NCBI GenBank assembly: GCA_963803435.1
Contig: CAWDML010000001.1
Location: 1,984,001 to 2,048,000, forward strand
DNA from: an uncultured delta proteobacterium
Lineage (GTDB): Bacteria; Myxococcota; Kuafuiibacteriia; Kuafuiibacteriales; Kuafuiibacteriaceae
Direction of reading: 5' to 3'
DNA length: 64,000 bases
Position numbers and translations under genes: made by a program. This document shows, piece by piece, positions 60,042-64,000 of the stretch. The number at the start of each line of letters is the position of its first letter. The stretch's first letter is position 1. Under the pieces are notes generated by a model. It saw only the letters and a program-made list of their open reading frames with translations. It was not told the DNA's origin and did not search any database.

Positions 60042-62488
60042 CCCGCTACGTCGAGGTCGCGGTACCCGTCCCGGTGGAGGGACGGTTCCACTACGCGATC
60101 CCCGACGACCTCGACGGCGAGCTGCGCATCGGCCACCGCGTGCTGGTGCCGTTCGGCCCCCGCAGGATGACCGGCTTCGTGGTGGCGCACGCCGACGAGG
60201 TGCCGGAGGCGATCCGTCCCAAGGTGCGGTCGGTGATCGAGCGCCTCGATCGCGAGCCGCTGATCCCCGAGGACGTGCTCGCCCTCGCCCGCTTCGCCGC
60301 CGACTACTACCTGGCGCCGATCGGCGAGGTCCTCAAGATCGCGCTCCCGCCCGGGCTGTCCGCCGGCTCGCAGGTCCGCCTGGTGGCCACACCCGAGGGC
60401 CGCGCGTTCGTTCGCGACGCGGAGACGACGCTCCCGAGCGGCGCCCCGATCAACGAGGCCCAGCGCGCGCTCCTCTCGACGGCGGCCCGCCCCTCGGGCC
60501 TGCGCGGCCCCAAGGCGCGGACCAAGGCTGCGGAGGAGCTGCGCGCGCTGGGCCTCCTGGCCGAGGATCAGAAGCTGGCGGCGCGCCGCGGCGACGGCGA
60601 GCTCGAGATCGCGCGCCGCGTGCTCGACGATGCCGCGGCTGCCAAGATCCTGTCGCGCGCCCCGGCGCAGCGGCGGATCTGGGAGCTCCTGGCCGACGGC
60701 GGCCGCGAGCTGGGCGAGCTCCGGGAGGCCGTCGGTCGCAACTCGGCCGCGCGCGCGATCAAGAAGCTCGTCGCCGAGGGCGCGATCGAGGTGGTGCGCG
60801 TGGCGCGCAGCGAGTACGGGCCCGCAGGCGAGGCGGCCGTGTTCGCCACGGGACACCTCGAGCTCTCACCCGAGCAGGCCGCCGCGCACCGCGCGATCGT
60901 CGAGGCGTTCGAGAAGCGCACCGGTGAGGCCTTCCTGCTCCACGGGGTCACCGGCTCGGGCAAGACCGAGGTGTACCTGCAGGCGATCGGCGAGGTCCGC
61001 GAGCGCGGCCTGGGCGCGATCGTGCTGGTCCCGGAGATCGCGCTGACGCCGCAGCTCGAGAACCGCTTCCGCGCCCGCTTCGGCGACGACGTGGTCGTCC
61101 TCCACTCCGGGGTCGCCGACGGCGAGCGGCGCCGCCGCTGGCACGCGCTGCGGGACGGTCACGCGCGGATCGCGCTGGGACCGCGCTCGGCGCTGTGGGC
61201 GCCGGTCAAGGACCTGGCGATGATCGTCGTGGACGAGGAGCACGACACCTCGTTCAAGCAGGGCAGCGACGTGCGCTACCACGGGCGCGATCTGGCCCTG
61301 ACCCGGGCGCGCCACACTCGATCCGTCGCGATCCTCGGCAGCGCCACGCCCTCGCTGGAGACGCTGCACCTCGCCAAGACCGGTCGGATCACCGAGCTGC
61401 GGCTCACGGCCCGGGCCACCAAGGCCTCGATGCCCGAGATCCGGATGGTGGACCTGGCCGAGGAGAAGCGACAGCTCCGCGGCGACGTCCATCTGCTCTC
61501 GCGCGCGATGGAGGATGGCCTGCGCGAGATCGTGGAGAGGAAGGAGCAGGCGATCCTGTTCCTCAACCGGCGTGGCTTCAATACGATCGTCCACTGCGAC
61601 GACTGCGGCGACGCGCGCACCTGCCCCAGCTGCGACGTCTCGCTGACGCATCACAAGGCGAGCGGCAAGCTCCGCTGTCACTACTGCGATCACGAGGAGC
61701 CGCTCCGCTCGCGCTGCCGGAAGTGCGGCGGCCTGGCCATGCGCGCATACGGCGCCGGCACCGAGCGCATCGCCGAGCTCGTCGAGGAGACGATCCCCGG
61801 CGCCCGAGTCCTTCGTCTCGACCGCGACACCACCCAGCGCGTCGGCGCGCTCGACGAGACCCTGGCCGCGTTCCGCGCCGGTGAGGCCGACGTCATGGTC
61901 GGCACGCAGATGGTCGCGAAGGGTCACGACTTTCCCAAGGTCACGTTCGTGGGGATCCTGCTGGCCGACGCCTCGCTCGCGTTCCCCGACTTCCGCGCCG
62001 CCGAGCGCACGTTCCAGCTCATGACCCAGGTCGCCGGACGCGCCGGTCGCGCCGAGCGTCCCGGGCGCGTGGTGGTCCAGACGTTCCAGCCCGAACACTA
62101 CGCGCTGCAAGCTGCGTTGACGCACGACTCGGACGCCTTCTTCGCCGCCGAGGCGCCCCAGCGCGAGCGGGCACTCTATCCTCCGTACGCGCGGATGGGG
62201 TTGGTCCGGATCGAGTCGCGCGACGCCGGCGCGGCCGAGTCCACGGCCCATCGGGTGGCGGCGGCCGGCGAGCGCGCCCGCGCGGCGGATCCCGACCTCC
62301 GGATCAAGGGCCCTGCGCCGGCGCCGATCGCCCGCCTCCGGGATCGCTGGCGCTGGCTGGTGATGATCCTCGCACCGACGCCGGCCCGGCTCTCGAACGC
62401 GATGAAGCGGATGAAGGGTGACCTCGCGGCCGACGTGCAACGGAGGGCCGATCTGGTGTTCGACGTGGACGCGATCGACCTCCTCTGA
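60038..62488 (+). CDS. priA: Primosomal protein N'
   Basis: GVTGSGKTEVY, DEEH, four CxxC pairs, GTQMVAKGHDF, QVAGRAGR. Confidence 0.97.
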   Translation: MTRYVEVAVPVPVEGRFHYAIPDDLDGELRIGHRVLVPFGPRRMTGFVVAHADEVPEAIRPKVRSVIERLDREPLIPEDVLALARFAADYYLAPIGEVLKIALPPGLSAGSQVRLVATPEGRAFVRDAETTLPSGAPINEAQRALLSTAARPSGLRGPKARTKAAEELRALGLLAEDQKLAARRGDGELEIARRVLDDAAAAKILSRAPAQRRIWELLADGGRELGELREAVGRNSAARAIKKLVAEGAIEVVRVARSEYGPAGEAAVFATGHLELSPEQAAAHRAIVEAFEKRTGEAFLLHGVTGSGKTEVYLQAIGEVRERGLGAIVLVPEIALTPQLENRFRARFGDDVVVLHSGVADGERRRRWHALRDGHARIALGPRSALWAPVKDLAMIVVDEEHDTSFKQGSDVRYHGRDLALTRARHTRSVAILGSATPSLETLHLAKTGRITELRLTARATKASMPEIRMVDLAEEKRQLRGDVHLLSRAMEDGLREIVERKEQAILFLNRRGFNTIVHCDDCGDARTCPSCDVSLTHHKASGKLRCHYCDHEEPLRSRCRKCGGLAMRAYGAGTERIAELVEETIPGARVLRLDRDTTQRVGALDETLAAFRAGEADVMVGTQMVAKGHDFPKVTFVGILLADASLAFPDFRAAERTFQLMTQVAGRAGRAERPGRVVVQTFQPEHYALQAALTHDSDAFFAAEAPQRERALYPPYARMGLVRIESRDAGAAESTAHRVAAAGERARAADPDLRIKGPAPAPIARLRDRWRWLVMILAPTPARLSNAMKRMKGDLAADVQRRADLVFDVDAIDLL

Positions 62489-62556
62489 GAGGCAACAGCT
62501 GCAAGTCGGCAGCCCTCGGCGCGCCGCGAGCGGATCCAAAGTGAGGAGCGCTCGCC

Positions 62557-62572
62557 TGGCCTCGCCTTTGCT
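62557..62572 (+). promoter_or_regulatory. sigma54 -24/-12 promoter
   Basis: TGGCCTCGCCTTTGCT (GG-N10-GC), 21 nt upstream of ATG 62594. Confidence 0.6.
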
Positions 62573-62593
62573 TTTCCCTCACGAGGCCAGGAA

Positions 62594-64000
62594 ATGACGA
62601 CCATCACTCGAACCGACTTCACCTCGAGATTCGCGACGCGCGGCGGGTACATCGACGTCGACCACATGTCGCCGGACCTCCAGCGCGCGTTCCAGCAGCA
62701 CGGGATCTCCGAAGACGAGCTACAGGACATCGCGGGTCAGGATCACGTGATCCGCGGCTCGGCCGAGTTCAGCCGTCTGTTCAATCGAATCGACGAGCTC
62801 GACAGCAACGGATCCTCCCGATCGATCGACACGGGCCGCAGCAGCAGCCTGACCCGGGCCGGCGAGGTCTATGAGGCGATCCACCGCGAGGTCGACGGCA
62901 ACCGCAGCCGCGCCGACCGCGAAGGCGGCGCCCGCTTCACCGGCGATCGCACGCTCGAGTCCGTGATGGACGGACACACCGTCCTCCGCGAGGGCGCCCG
63001 CGGCGAGCACGTCCGCAAGGTGCAGCAGGCCCTCATCGACACCGGGTTCATGAACCCGAACGGCGCCACCGGCGTCTACAACCGGGACACCCGACTCGCG
63101 GTCGAGCGCTTCCAGCGAGAGACCGGCCTCGGCGTCGACGGCGCCGTCGGCGGCGAGACGCTGGGCGCGCTGGCCGCCACCGCGCCGCCGCCCGGGCATC
63201 AGCTCGAGCGCCGGGCCGAGTACGATCGGCTCTACCGGGACGGACGCCTCGACGTGACGATCGCGCTCGGCTACGACGAGCATGGCACCGAGCCCGCCAC
63301 CGAGCGCCAGGTCCTCTCGGGCCTCCGCGCCCAGGGCTACCGTCCGCTCGACGTCGCCCACCTGTCCTCGGCGGATCGCCAGCGCCTCGGCCTCACCGAC
63401 GATCGGTACGATCCGAATGCGCGCTACTTCTGCCGCACCTTCCAGGATCCCCAGACCGGCCACGACGTCCAGGCGGTGGTCCGGCTGATCACGCCCGGCT
63501 CCGACGGCGCCCAGGCGCGGCGGAGCTTCGAGCAGGCGCTCCGGCAGGATGAGGTCGTCTTCTACGGCGGCCACGCGCGCTACGGCACCGGCCCGGACTT
63601 CGACGACATCAACTCGGGCGCGGGCAACTTCGTCGTCGATCCCCACGGGAACCGCCACGCCGACACGCCGCCGGCGGGTCTGCGCGACTCCATCCGCGGC
63701 CGCCGCAGCGATCTGGGTGCCTCCTCGGATCGCCCCGAGTATCAGCTCCTCGCGTTCAACGCCTGCACCACCGAGGAGTACCTGCACAACCTCCGCGATC
63801 CGGGCACGTTCGGCCGCACCCAGCAGGACACGGACATCATCACCACGACCATGCCCACCCGGCTCGGCACCACCGGGCAGCACGCCCTGCGCTTCCTCGA
63901 GGGTGTCACCAGCCGCGAGTCGAACAACACGATGCTCGGCGCGATGAACAGCGACGAGCAGGCCTACCTCCGCCGCATCGGCATGGACGACCTGGTGGAC
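62594..64000 (+). CDS. Peptidoglycan-binding-domain protein with caspase-like (clan CD) C-terminal domain; runs off the window and is absent from the ORF track
   Basis: MTTITRTDF..; LREGARGEHVRKVQQAL..AVERFQ..GLGVDGAVGGET; VVFYGGHARYG and LLAFNACTT. Confidence 0.8.
   Translation, partial: MTTITRTDFTSRFATRGGYIDVDHMSPDLQRAFQQHGISEDELQDIAGQDHVIRGSAEFSRLFNRIDELDSNGSSRSIDTGRSSSLTRAGEVYEAIHREVDGNRSRADREGGARFTGDRTLESVMDGHTVLREGARGEHVRKVQQALIDTGFMNPNGATGVYNRDTRLAVERFQRETGLGVDGAVGGETLGALAATAPPPGHQLERRAEYDRLYRDGRLDVTIALGYDEHGTEPATERQVLSGLRAQGYRPLDVAHLSSADRQRLGLTDDRYDPNARYFCRTFQDPQTGHDVQAVVRLITPGSDGAQARRSFEQALRQDEVVFYGGHARYGTGPDFDDINSGAGNFVVDPHGNRHADTPPAGLRDSIRGRRSDLGASSDRPEYQLLAFNACTTEEYLHNLRDPGTFGRTQQDTDIITTTMPTRLGTTGQHALRFLEGVTSRESNNTMLGAMNSDEQAYLRRIGMDDLVD

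Overview
High-GC (about 70%) bacterial window, most likely Myxococcota, judging by the Ser/Thr kinases, PEGA/TPR and Cys-rich lipoproteins, an FHA-sigma54 activator and tandem lspA+lgt. About 10 single-base frameshifts in otherwise intact genes suggest an error-prone long-read assembly. Contents: (1) 1.3-26.3 kb, a large surface-glycan locus with GT2/GT4, two GT-C-like membrane proteins, Wzx, rfbF/rfbG, a sugar C-methyltransferase, two FAD oxidoreductases, a B12 radical SAM enzyme and an embedded D-[ST]-G repeat lipoprotein; (2) comF, rlmH and an adenylate cyclase + GAF histidine kinase pair; (3) a lipoprotein-DUF4331-TPR cluster with two matching ECF-type promoters, interrupted by an internally deleted IS5-family element; (4) HD-domain, DUF3179, HupE-like, transglutaminase-TPR, PEGA, FHA-EBP, CDF, lspA-lspA-lgt genes; (5) a 1.07 kb chimeric element (four-helix-bundle pseudogene fused to an IS1182 remnant) inside long inverted repeats; (6) a three-gene MoxR AAA+ / HExxH-metallopeptidase-vWA / large HEAT-repeat operon, the best candidate for an undescribed system; (7) a beta-barrel, a LolA-like gene, a tiny lipoprotein, priA, and a sigma54-preceded peptidoglycan-binding protein with a caspase-like His/Cys domain. 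No rRNA, tRNA or CRISPR array was seen. Family assignments come from motif recognition by eye, not from database searches.
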